Shown here in pieces: positions 37,242 through 49,490 of a stretch of DNA of 64,000 nt; position 1 is the first letter of the stretch, and each line of letters opens with the position of its first letter. Source of the stretch: Paraspadella gotoi (Eukaryota > Animalia > Chaetognatha). The DNA lies in assembly GCA_051294375.1 (NCBI GenBank), contig CM119271.1, forward strand, positions 5,302,371 through 5,366,370, given 5' to 3'. The translations under genes and the position numbers were made by a program. The notes under the pieces were generated by a model that saw nothing but the letters and a program-made list of their open reading frames with translations, searched no databases and had not been told where the DNA came from.

Positions 37242-38364
37242 GGACGTCATAAACGACGATGGTGATAACGACGATAAACCCGACGACGACGAAAACGACG
37301 GACGGACGACGACGACGAATCAATCAAATTCGAACTGAATCTCATTCGTCGATTTCCGATCGATTCGACGTCACGTGTCGCCATCTGGTGTCGAGATTTG
37401 ACTTCGACAAGCGGCGAGAATTTGGGGGGGGGGTGGAAGAATGACAACGATAATGACAACGAACACAAATAACGACAACGATGAGAAACGACAACAAATG
37501 ACGACGACAAGAGATGACGAGAATAAACGCTGAGGACGACAACGACGACGACGACGACGAAGTAACGACGATTATTGACAAGATATTGACGTCGGTGAAA
37601 TCTTCGGTATCTTCGCTATCGTCGTCATCGTCGTCATCGTCGTCGTCATCGTCGTGTCGATAATGATGACATTCGTCGTTTGACATTTTCTTTGCTCTTC
37701 GTCGAAACGAGAGAAATTTCGTTGGCAGCGGAAAATTGTCGAAGGCTGAATTTGTCGAAGGCGAAAAGCGATCCACGAGTTTGGTTGTCTAGTATATAAT
37801 TTGTAAGATAACCACATTGTTGAAAAGGGAAACTTTACTAAAATTCCTCCAATTGGCAATATACGAATATTTTTTTCTTCTTCTTTTTTTTTCTTTTCCC
37901 TTTTTGCTGGTTGACAATACGCATTTTCAGTTTTAAATAACTGGAATCATAGAACGAAGTTTCATTTTATGTTTTTGAAGAGATATATCGAGAGGGAGAG
38001 GAGCTCAGTGAAAAAGAATAAATGGATTTTTTGAAGGTCAATAATTGGGAAGAAAAAAAAAGAAGAGGTAAAATTGATATGGAGGAAAGTGGAGGGGGGC
38101 GGGACGGTAGAGGTGAAAGGAAAAGAAAAGGATAATGGAAAAGAAGGAGTAGAAAGAAAGAATTAAGGAAAAGTTTAAATCTGAGGAGAAAGAATTTCAA
38201 AGACGAGGAAAGGAAATGGTAGGTGGATTAAAGAAGGGACGGAGGGCTCGGGAATAAGAAAGGAAAAAAGAGATTAAAGGGGTAAGATAGCTGAGAGAGA
38301 GAGAGAGAGAGAGAGAGAAGAAAAAACGGGGGTAAATTCTAATTTTTCTGTATATTTGTGGATA

Positions 38365-38584
38365 AGGCGCTACGTGGGCTGAAGATGACTGTCCGTAACT
38401 TCTATAACCCCCTCTAGCAGCCATGGAACGGGTCCCTGGGCTTGGAACCAGGCTTGAGGGTTTGCCATGCCCCCAAGGCGGCTTACGGCCGTCCTCACGC
38501 TACTCACAGGGTAGGTACCGGGTTGGGATTGAACCCGGTACCTAGTGGTCATGAGCTGATGGCTTTACTCAATGAGCCACCGGG
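38365..38584 (-). mobile_element. tRNA-derived SINE
   Basis: Minus-strand head CCCGGTGGCTCATTGAGTAAAGCC...GGTACCGGGTTCAATCCC has Pol III A-box-like TGGCTCATTGAG and B-box GGTTCAATCC at tRNA spacing, followed by ~150 bp GC-rich body; no proper acceptor stem. Confidence 0.65.
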
Positions 38585-38802
38585 TCACAACTGAAAGTGT
38601 CATGATTCTAGGCGGGGTGAACCTAGGCAATGCCCGACTACATATTAAATATATCTATAATGTAAGAAAGCTATAAAATGGCAACGATCCGACGTTGCTT
38701 TACTCTTTTGAATTCACTTGTCGCATAAATAGCGAGTGCTTTCAAATAAAACACACAAAAAAGAATCTTAACAACTGAAATTTGAAAATAAAAAGGCGGT
38801 AG

Positions 38803-38891
<89 letters not shown>

Positions 38892-40037
38892 CAGAAAGGC
38901 GGATGTGAAATACTCTGGAGGGAAAACCGTGATTCGCACCGTTCGGCCTCACTTGGGCCTCGAGAGGATTTTAGCCAAGTCACGTGATCCGCTTTTTTCG
39001 ACGTCACGTGATCAAACGTGAGGAAGCGTGAAATCCTTTTGCAGCGCAGAAGATTGAAGGCGCGAAAATCGTTTAAACATTTTAGATAATAAAAGATCAA
39101 GCAGACAAATGGTATATAAGACTACCGAAATTTTAATTGGCAATATTAAAAAGGGAACAATCGAGCTTTTATATTTTTTATTATTAATTATTTTTTGTTG
39201 TTGATAAATCATCTCCTCCATGAATATGACAAAATGTCAGATTTAAAAAAAATATTTCATACGTTATACGGTAATTTTTCTCTCAATTTTATTAACCATC
39301 AATGTTGTCACCAACCTATTATTTTTTATAAATTCGTTGACAAAATTCGTTTCGCATAAAGTTTCTCGATCCACGTTTTTGACATTTAAATCTTCCGACT
39401 CGAATCTCGGCGAAAGAACTTGATCTCTCTCTATTCGCGATTGGTAAAAGTAAAGACCGACCGACCGATCGAGAGGTCTCCAGTGATTGCTCTCGGGCCA
39501 CCAGGTCAAAATGGCAGAAATATGAGCCACGGCCAGGATGAAAATGAGACTAACGGAAAACCTCAATTAGCCATTTTGAAACTAATCTCTAATCTCTACT
39601 CTCTGATCTCAAATGTCTAATCTCTAATCTCGAAACTTACTTAACTCACATTAAGCACCGACATATGAAAATGATTCTAATTCACCAACTTGGGCCACTT
39701 GCACGATTCTGCGAGAGAACGAATGTGAAAGTGGAAGAGGAGGAGGATGAGGAAGAGGAGGAGGAGGAAAATGAGGAGGAGGAGGAGAAAGAAGAGGACA
39801 AGGAAGACGACAACACAGAGAACTGTGAAAAAGACTCGATTCGAAAATTAACCGGGATTAACCGGGATTTCTTAGACTTTACTTTAAACTTACTGCAGAC
39901 CAAGAGATTCTCCAACTTTCGCTTCTTTGAAAAAAAAAGGTCGAACATTGAAAAAATTCTTTCAAATTCAGAAAAAAAAAAAGAAAAAAAATCGAAACGA
40001 AGGAAAGGGAAATCAAACTTGGCGGCGCAGACCAGCG

Positions 40038-40275
40038 GCACCCCAGCTTTGCTTAGTTGCACCCCGGCGTCGCATAACTGCACCCGAAATCTCTTAGTAG
40101 CACCTAAACGGCGGTAGAGGCTCCCGAGCGTCGATCGGCTGTACCCCTACTTTGTTTAGCTGCACCCCGACGTCGCTTAGAAGCACCCCCAGTGGCACTA
40201 GAAGTAACCCATCGTCGCTAAGCGGCACCCCGGCGTCGTTTAGCGACACCCATAGCGCCGCCCCGGCGTCGCGGT
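40038..40275. repeat. Degenerate 21-bp (7-codon) tandem repeat, about 11 units
   Basis: Units such as GCACCCCAGCTTTGCTTAGTT, GCACCCCGGCGTCGCATAACT, GTACCCCTACTTTGTTTAGCT, GCACCCCGACGTCGCTTAGAA. Confidence 0.85.
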
Positions 40276-40371
40276 CATTTTCCTCGCTCGTAAAAAACCT
40301 TTCGATGTCGTCGTTATCGTTCTTCGTCGTCGTCGTCGTCGTCGTCGTCGTCTTCGCCAAGGTCCTTGCTT

Positions 40372-40402
<31 letters not shown>

Positions 40403-40483
40403 TCAGTTGCCGTTCAAGGGCGAGTTCGTTACGAGACTCGCCTTCGTCTCGCTACATAATTCAGTCGCGACGTCGAAAGACCA

Positions 40484-40533
<50 letters not shown>

Positions 40534-40750
40534 CAATTCGCCTTTTGGAGAGAGAAGAGATTAAGACGAACGAACCTCGAAAACCTTTCTCCGCCGAATT
40601 CGGTCACGTGACGTGGTCCAAGACGACGACGACGAAAACGCCGACAGTGACTGCAACGGTTGCTAAGACGACAACGACGATTGGCGACGACAAGAACGTC
40701 GACGAAGAGTTGGTCAGAAAATTAGAAACGATGATGATGATGACGATGAC

Positions 40751-40786
<36 letters not shown>

Positions 40787-40991
40787 ACAAGCGATAATAG
40801 CGCCTAAAAAAATGACAACGTTAACGATCCTATTGGCGTAACTCATAGAAGCAGGAAATATGTACGTACAATGTTGACAGTGTCGTGTTGACATGTTTAA
40901 TAGTCTTAATAAAGACGACGATGTCGGCGACAATAGTATTGAGTTTATAGTATTTGGCATTTGTGATCAAGTCAGAAAGGACCTCGACAAG

Positions 40992-41026
<35 letters not shown>

Positions 41027-42456
41027 AAATCAAGTTGATCTGGGCTTCGGTCGCCGAAGCGAAAGACCAAATGAAGATGGAAACAAGGTTAGCTCTCGCT
41101 CAGTTGGACTGATTAGGATGGGGATGACAGCGCGGGGGGGCGGGTAGGAAGGAGGGGAAAGGAGGGAGGAAAGGAAAGGAAAAGGGGGAGGGAGGAAAGG
41201 AAAGAAGAGAAGGGAAGGGAAACTAGAAGGAGGGCGGTATGCAAGAGTAGAATAAAAGTGGAAGTAATTTGAAAAAATTAAGAAGAAAAAAAAGAAGTTG
41301 GGGGAGATTCGAAGAAAGAAAAGAGGGAAACGGAGAGGAAAGTAGAGAGAAAAGTAGAGGGGAATCAGATAAAAAAAAAAAAGGAAAAAAAGAAAGAAAG
41401 GAAAAAAAAGGAAAGGGAATTCCTCCGGTTTTAGAAAGTAAAATGAGAAGAGAAGGAGGGAATGACAGAGGGGGGAGGCCATTCGCTCGTTTCGACGGGT
41501 CGTTCGATCGGCCCACTTCTCCTTTCCTTTTTTTCCCTTCGATTTTTATTCCTTTTCGATCTTTTGGGTTTCGATCGTTTAAAGTTTGAATTTTGGTTCG
41601 TCCGTTCGTTTGTCATGTTAATTTTAAACTTATTTACGTGGTATTTATGGCTTATATTTAGAATTTATTTGGTGTTTATAAGTACTTTGGTAAATTAGAA
41701 TGAGGAATGAGTCGCGGAAGATATTAATGGTGAAAAAAAAGTAAAAATGAAAGGCAGGAGAAAAGGAGGAAAGTGAAAAGGAAGGAAAGGAAAGGAGAAA
41801 AAAAAAGAGAGGAAGGAGGAAAATAAAACCACGTGGCCTTGAACGTCTCATTTCGTCGTGTCTGAACGCGCATGCGCAGTTATGGGCATTATTCTCTCCA
41901 AACGGTGACTGCCCTCGTTCTTCGTCCTACTTGTAGTTCTGTTTCACATAAATCTACTTTACCTACAATATAAGCTATTTTCTTCTTCTCTTTTCCTTTT
42001 CAAAGGCATTTTTTTTTCTTTTCTTAGTTTTCTTCTCTTTCTTTTCTTTTCCTATCATTTTCTTGCTTCCTTTCGTATAAGAGAAGGAGGTAAGGAAGAA
42101 AAGACTTTCCTTCTTCTCTTATCTTTTTCCTTTTTGCCTCTCATTTTCCCTTCCTCCCTTCCTATTCTTGCTCCCATTTTTTTTTCATTCCCATATTTAT
42201 TTTTTTTATTTTTGTCTTCCTTCTTTTCTTTTTTCTTTTTCCTTCCTCCATTCCTCTCCTTTTTCCTCCCGTACTTCCCTTTCTCATTTTTACTTTCTTT
42301 CTTTCCTCCCTTCCTTCTTTTCTCTTTTTCTTCTCGTCCTCGGCCGCCATTGTGGGCGTGGCTCGAGGCGTCTTGAGATTCGGTGGTCGACGCCGACGAA
42401 AGAACAAAGACTAAGGTGAAGAAAGGGAGGAAGGAGAAAGAAGAGAGGGAGGAAAG

Positions 42457-42525
<69 letters not shown>

Positions 42526-44223
42526 AAAAAGGAATTGGAGCGAGGATGAGAAAAGACCAGAGAGAGAATGTTTGGCGGTGAAAGAAAAGGAAAGATGGCG
42601 GACAAATGCGGAAGAACCGAAACGAAGAATAAGGAGGAGGAGGAGGAGGAGGAGGAGTAGGAGGAGGAAGAAGAAGAATCCGAAGGGACAAGAGATGAGA
42701 TCAATTAGTTCCGCGCTTTTCGTGCCGCCTCAAGGCGAAAAGAACAATGACCAAGAAATGGAAAAAAAAGGGAGGAAAGGGAAAAAGGGGAAAAAAAAGA
42801 GAAAAGAAAGGAAATGTGACGTCTTGGAAAAAAGGAAAGTGAATGAGGATAAATTAAGTGAAAGAAGTAAAGAGAGAATGATAGGATATATTGCTAACCC
42901 GAAAAAAAAACCATATGTTACATTGTCAAACAACACAACCAGGAAAAGTGGGAAGAAAATGAAAAAAAGAAGAAGAGGAAAGAAAAAAAAAGGAGAAAAA
43001 AAGAGAAATTGCAAAAAAAGGGTGAATAATGATGAAAGATAAGGAAAAAGAATGGAGGCTAAGACCAACGACCAAAAAAAAGGAAATAATTAAAAAAAAA
43101 TGAGAGAAAAAACGACAGTAACTGAAGATTTATAACGCAGAAGAGGAAGATAAAAGGGAATTCCGAAAATGAGGTAAGGGTTTGACAATAATACGGAGAG
43201 AGAGAGAGAGATGAGGAGAGATGACGAGAGAGAGAGAGAGAGAGAGAGTAGCAGAGGAGGAGAGAGAGAGAGAGAGAGAGAAGAAGAGAGAGAGAGAGAG
43301 AGAGAGAGATTTGGAAATGCTGAAACAACGAATGGGATATCGTAAATAACGGAGCTATATCGGTCAGGCATTGGACTAATGGTCCAGTAAGAAAGGAGAA
43401 TCCATATTTCGGTTCATAAGAAAATAAATCGAATTTGACACGAAAGTTTCGTTAAAAACTTCTTCTTTTTTTTATCTTAATTTTTTTCTCGAGAATTATT
43501 CCTTTTTTTTAATAGAAGATTCTCTTCATTCAGTGTTTACCGGATCTTCTTCCGATTTTATCCGTAACCTTCTTTTTTTAATTTCTTCCTTATTTCCCGT
43601 TCAACATTTCCTTCTTTTTTATTTCTTAATCTTTTCATTTCAACTTTAAAAAAAAAAATTCCGTTAAAAATCTTCTTCTTAATTTTTTTTCCTTTCTTTC
43701 TTTCCTCCTTTCATCTTTTCTGATTTTAATAGCGAAAATTTTCGCGCCAAACGGAACTGAAGATTTTTATCAAGGGTGGAAAGGAAAGGAAGGGGGAGAA
43801 GGATGGAGAAAAGAGGGGAGGAAGAAGTAAAGAGGAGAGGGATAATGCGAGTGGAAGAAGAAATATGAGAAAGATAATGAAGAATAAAGTGAGTTTTGAA
43901 TAAAAAGGAAGTTTAAAGAATGCAAAAGAAGTTGAAACAGTGGAAGGAAGAGAAAAGATAAGTAAAAGGTTGAATAAGATATAAAGACCATAACTGAATG
44001 AGAAAAGTAAGACAGAAAGACAGAAAAGACAGAAAAGACAGAAAGATCTCTCGTCGGCGACTTCTCATTCATGGGCACAAACCGCCTCCGCACATAACCT
44101 TAGAACACAGGGGAAAAAAAGTTTTCCCCTAAAACCATAGCCCACTCTTTCTTTCTCTCTCTCTCTCTCTTTCTCTCTCATCTTCTCTCATCTCTCTCGC
44201 TCTTCTCTTCTCTCCCGTCTCTC

Positions 44224-44268
<45 letters not shown>

Positions 44269-44398
44269 ACTTTCTCTCTCTCTCTCTCTCTCTCAACCCT
44301 CCATCCCTCCACGAAAGACTTCCGGTCATTAAAATTCTTAACGTTCCCTTATCCTCTCTTCCTCGCGCCAGAGGAAAAAACTCGATAATTCTATTTTC

Positions 44399-44477
<79 letters not shown>

Positions 44478-44792
44478 TTTCTCTTTTTATCTTTCTTTTC
44501 TCTCAATTCACTCTTTCCTTTTTTTTTTTTTTTATCAAAAACAATCTTATCTCAGAAGGCAAGAAAGAAATTTCTTCTTTTTAAAAAAAAACGCCCTATC
44601 CGGTTTATCTCTTTTTTCTTCAGCCAAAAAAAAATATTCTGTGCCCAGACTTTACGAACCCCTCTTGCCGCAATCAAAGAATCGTGGTACGAAGAATTTT
44701 AAGAATCGTGGTACGAAAATATGTGTCATGCGCTCTCTTTTTTCTTAACTTTATCTCTCGAAGGAGTAAGTCTCGTCCTGTCATCATCATCT

Positions 44793-44879
<87 letters not shown>

Positions 44880-45366
44880 CAATTAGCATCAACCTTTTCA
44901 TCTACAGTCAAAAACAAATGTCTAAAACAAAAAAGAAAACAAAGATACAAAGATAAAAAAACCTAGTTTCTCCTCAGCCAAATGACAACAACGAACGAAC
45001 AACAACGAAATCCGCTCGTCGTCAACCTCTTGAGTAAACGAGAACGTAAAACTCGTAAATCGATTCGTTCATTCACAGATGAAACGGTTTCCGTGAGAAA
45101 CATCGCCACGCCTCATTCTCCGACGGCAAAACCTTTATTAGCGGATGCCTCTCTTTTTTTTCCCTCCATTGTGTCTTTCCTCATTTTCTCTTTCTCTTCT
45201 ATTCCTTTATTCCACGTTTTCCGACTCAAATCTCTCCACTTTCCCTTTCCCTTTTCTTTCTTTAGATTTTTTTTTTTGATATAAATCCTTTCTTTCGTTG
45301 TTTGGGATGGAACATTAGAGACAGTGCATTGAAGTTGTAGTTTTGACAACGATTTTTTTAATTTAA

Positions 45367-45420
45367 TTCAAAACAAGACATGTTTCGGTTCAATTTCAGG
45401 CCTTCATCAGCGTTAGTGAA
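45367..45420 (-). ncRNA. Minimal type I hammerhead ribozyme motif (Penelope/retrozyme type)
   Basis: Minus strand: TTCACTAACG-CTGATGA-AGGCCTGAAATTGAACC-GAAAC-ATGTC-TTGTTTTGAA. Both core boxes, palindromic ACATGT stem III, GUC cleavage triplet, stem I AACG/TGTT plus TTCA/TGAA. One extra U after the site and a weak stem II. Confidence 0.65.
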
Positions 45421-45458
45421 CTTTGTTTTGTGTAAAGGAAGAGAAGAAAGAGGAGATT

Positions 45459-45506
<48 letters not shown>

Positions 45507-46082
45507 AGAGGAGAGAGAGGGGCAAAGTTTCAAACACACGGCCGAGATTTAGAAAGGACAGTGGCTAATTGGTGAGAAACAGCTGAAGTTGAGAAAGACA
45601 GAGTAAGTTGTGAAAAGAAGTTGAAATGTGAAAAAAGAGAGAGAGAGAGAGAAAGGAGAGAGGAAGAGGAGAGAGAGAGAGAGAGCAGAAAGAGCAGAGA
45701 GAGAAACAGTGCAAAATCTGTTACATTGTGTAATGTATAACCAATAAGAAAAGTTTTAAACTGATGAATATTAGTGAAATATAAATAAATTGATTTTTTT
45801 TTTAAAAATGTGCCGATTGCTTTTTATCAGTCGTTTCCGCTCCATTAGCCGGATTCCTGCAGGGGCGATTGAATGGTACAGTTTTCTCATGTTTAAAGAT
45901 TTAACAAATATCAAAATTATACATCCACTCAAAAAACAACCAAAAACAACTATATCTTCGGGTCGTGACTGCCCTGATCTCTCTGACAAGATAACTTTGA
46001 AAAACTATGAAGATTTTTTTTGTTTTCTCGTAAAACAGTTTAGAATGGATAATATTTATAATGAAATTGGTACAACCAATAT

Positions 46083-47570
46083 AAAAATTATCCATTCACT
46101 TAATAAACAAGCTATCTTGCCCCTGACTTTGGACAGGCTTTGGAGGTTTAAGGCCTCCGTCACTCCTACAAGATAATGATTAGGTTATATTACATTCCGT
46201 TTGAATTACTATCTAGTAACTAATATCATATTCCTTCCCTCTCCCCAGATCTTTTCCTCCTCTATTCTTCCTACAGTTGGGCTCCTTTCATTTCTTGTCC
46301 TCAAATCGGTCGACTTACAGTTAGGCCCCCTTTATTTGACTCCGAAGCATAAAGGGAATAAAAAAGGATTGTTGACTTGGCTTTTTTCTCTCTCTCTCTC
46401 TCTCGATCACCCCATCCTCTCCTCTCTCTCCCTCTCCTCTCNNNNNNNNNNNNNNNNNNNNNNNNNNNNNNNNNNNNNNNNNNNNNNNNNNNNNNNNNNN
46501 NNNNNNNNNNNNNNNNNNNNNNNNNNNNNNNNNNNNNNNNNNNNNNNNNNNNNNNNNNNNNNNNNNNNNNNNNNNNNNNNNNNNNNNNNTCCTTCCAAGC
46601 CTTCAGACTTGTAAGCAAATGCGCTCTTCTATTATCATGGGTCGTCGGCGTTTAAGGCGGAGGGAAAATGATGTCGTTTGTTTGTTTATTCATCACCATG
46701 GAGACATCGAAGGGCGCGGGGGGGAGGGAGTTGGGTGGAGGAGGGGTGGAGTCGTCTCTGCCTGGGCCATATTGGGTCAGTCGTCAGTTGGGAAAACGAG
46801 AATTACCCGTTGCTTTACTGTCTCATTGTTAGCAATGCTCTTTTAATTGAAAAACCTACTGCGTATGTGTATTGTAATCGTAATCCTTAGTTTGTACNNN
46901 NNNNNNNNNNNNNNNNNNNNNNNNNNNNNNNNNNNNNNNNNNNNNNNNNNNNNNNNNNNNNNNNNNNNNNNNNNNNNNNNNNNNNNNNNNNNNNNNNNNN
47001 NNNNNNNNNNNNNNNNNNNNNNNNNNNNNNNNNNNNNNNNNNNNNNNNNNNNNNNNNNNNNNNNNNNNNNNNNNNNNNNNNNNNNNNNNNNNNNNCTGGA
47101 AAGAATCAGCTGCGATTTCGGTCGATCTGGAAATGAACAGAAATAGAAACAGGAGGAGTAGAAAAGAAGGAGGAAGAGGAGGAGAAAGAGGAGGAAAATG
47201 AGGAAGAGGAGGAGGAAGAGAAGNNNNNNNNNNNNNNNNNNNNNNNNNNNNNNNNNNNNNNNNNNNNNNNNNNNNNNNNNNNNNNNNNNNNNNNNNNNNN
47301 NNNNNNNNNNNNNNNNNNNNNNNNNNNNNNNNNNNNNNNNNNNNNNNNNNATCAGGGAATCATTGATTGGCAGAGAGGAGGAAGTAGGAGGAGGAAGTAG
47401 GAGGAGGAAGAGGAAGAGGAAGAGGAGGAGGAGAAGAATTCTTTGGAGAACATAACTATGAAATTAGTAGAATCAATAAAAAAATTATCCATTCATTTAA
47501 TAAATAAGCTATCCTGCCTTTGACTTTGGCTTTGGTGGTTTAAGGCCTCCATCTCTCTTACAAGGTAATG
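46083..47570 (+). repeat. Two ~95-bp diverged direct repeats (46083-46178 and ~47480-47570)
   Basis: AAAAATTATCCATTCA.TTAATAAA.AAGCTATC.TGCC.TGACTTTGG...GGTTTAAGGCCTCC shared; a weaker third match near 45905. Confidence 0.75.
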
Positions 47571-48289
47571 ACATAGCAGTACCTTGAAAGCTTTCAATCA
47601 AAAGACTTTCTCACGGTTTATTCCCAGAGTACCTGGCTTCCCTATCAACGAAGTGGTTTAATGTTTCAAAGAATGTTTCAATTGTATGAAAAGACTCTCT
47701 CTTATTATATATAACATTTTTGGGGGGGTTGTTAGAATCATTATCATATATATACCGTGAAATCAAACTTCTCTTCTTTCACCCGATGCTCTTTTATTTC
47801 TATTTTACTAACGCAAGGAAATTCTATTTCTTCCGCGATCACAGCGACATTTTGGTTTCTAATTTGTATCATATATATATACTTAAGTACAGCTTCCGAG
47901 TGCTACGCATGGTGTTTTCTGATTTTGGTTCCGCCGTTTCTTAGATCTCAGCATTGATTTCTATCGACGTGTGACTCTCATGTTTTGTTCAGTCTTGCAA
48001 TGCGTTTTTACTACTTTTTAAAAGATAATAAATCGCTATTTAAGATATCTCGGAAACTTCTTTTTTAATAAAGAAAACTAGTGATCGCTGGATTAGGTGA
48101 CTTTCCTTGTGATAGAGGCAACCATTTCTACAAATTTGGCTTCAGAAACAGTAAGATGGATTCTTTAAAACTTTATATATATATTTTTGCTGAGTGTGTA
48201 TTAAAAATGTTTTTTATTCTTGCCAGACTTTAACTCTACTCTCTCTACTCAGATACCAACTAGAAGTGCTGGGCTTAGGACTTTGTCGT

Positions 48290-49490
48290 CAGATCATTCT
48301 GAGCGTTCCAAGACCGGGCGCCATCGTCTCGTCCGCGCCATCTAAACTCGAATTCCTCTCGTTTTGATAGCGCAGGATCAGCTCAGCCAGTTAGTTGTCA
48401 ACGACAGCCACCTCTACAAACATAGTCAATAAATTAGAAGTCTTCGTTTGCGATCGTCTTTCATCAAGGTTTCGTCGAAGATTCTCTAACTCAACGGTTT
48501 TCCGCTGGAAACCCGTGAGAAGAAGTCCCGCCTGCGTCGGCTCTGGGTCGAGCGAATTGACGATTCCAACATCGGAAAGAACTTGCAAAACTTTCGACGG
48601 ACGTAAGATCCGGCGGCGCCTTCCGGCTCTGCTTTCATTGCGATTAGCGATCCTCGAACTAGCGACCGCGCCGTCGGGCGTTAATTTGACATCGCGACGG
48701 ATGGCATCGGCCGTCCTTTCGAATAGCAGTGAGATGAAGTTCGGTTGTCGATTCGTTTTTATTTCTGCAATCTTCGCGTCTTCGGCTGCTAACGACTTGG
48801 CGAAGCTTTCCAACGATTTCAACGCTTTCGCGTTTGGTCACCTGGGCAGTGAAGGATCGCGTGGAAATAAGCGCGCCAGAGAATTAATTTGCGTCTGGAG
48901 CTCGAGTGCCGAAATTTCTTTGATCGGAAAATTCCCTTTTCGGCGTTTTTTTGTGACTTTCGTCGCTCGTTTGTAAGACGAATTTTAGATTTGCGCTAGT
49001 GCGACGAACGAGAAAAATATCAATAACTTCGCGCGCCCCGACAGTAATCCCCTCTCCCAAAATTTCTACGAGATATCTGGACTTACCCCTTCTTCAAAGC
49101 GACATGGCTTCTATCTCCTGAAACGCCGTACCCTTCAGGAATGCAACATCTTCCTGCGTAACTTCACGTCGATGAAGATGGTCGAGGCACATGCGATATC
49201 GTACGATCGCGCCAAAACCACTCCGACGCAGAGAAAACATTGCGGTCGCCAACGCGGAAAGACACGTAGTCCGTGCAGTCTACGAAGAATCCGGGCCCGC
49301 TATTTTCAGGAGGAACATGGGAAAGACGAGGCGTGGAAGTTTCTGTCGGGCTTCCTCAAACCGCCTGCCACAATATTCTTGGGCAGCGCCGCTTTCTCAA
49401 TTCCGGTCTAACTCTGTGTCGACGCGAGCCCATCGTTGAAAGCTACGCTTCGACAGGACGTCCCGGCTCCGTTTGCAACCAAGTGATTGA
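48290..49490 (-). pseudogene. Frameshifted coding-like region resembling BEL/Pao gag N-terminal (DUF1759-like) domain
   Basis: Stitched minus-strand frames give GFFVDCTDYVSF...VKLRRKMLHS-LKGTAFQEIEAMSL-EEG..YLVE-FG...KALKSLESFAKSLAAEDAKIAEIKTNRQPNFISLLFER..DAIRRDV, recalling the F.GD..Y..F / KL..L...L.G.A...I / L...FG / LV.KLP pattern. Recognition by eye only. Confidence 0.4.

Larger units (their letters stand above)
30817..41576 (+). repeat. Copy 2 of ~10.5 kb tandem duplication
   Basis: Colinear with 20390-30791; runs on into unique sequence after 41576. Confidence 0.9.

Noticed and set aside
38520-38584. Functional tRNA gene
   Set aside because: A/B boxes are present but there is no convincing acceptor stem, and the sequence continues into a SINE-like body.
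45758-45790. Second hammerhead (CTGATGA...GAAA on + strand); similar near 58255-58276 on minus
   Set aside because: No credible stem I or stem III pairing around the cores.
46083-47570. LTR pair of the BEL/Pao element
   Set aside because: Both repeats are upstream of the element, are only ~95 bp and lack TG...CA ends; no matching copy downstream of integrase.
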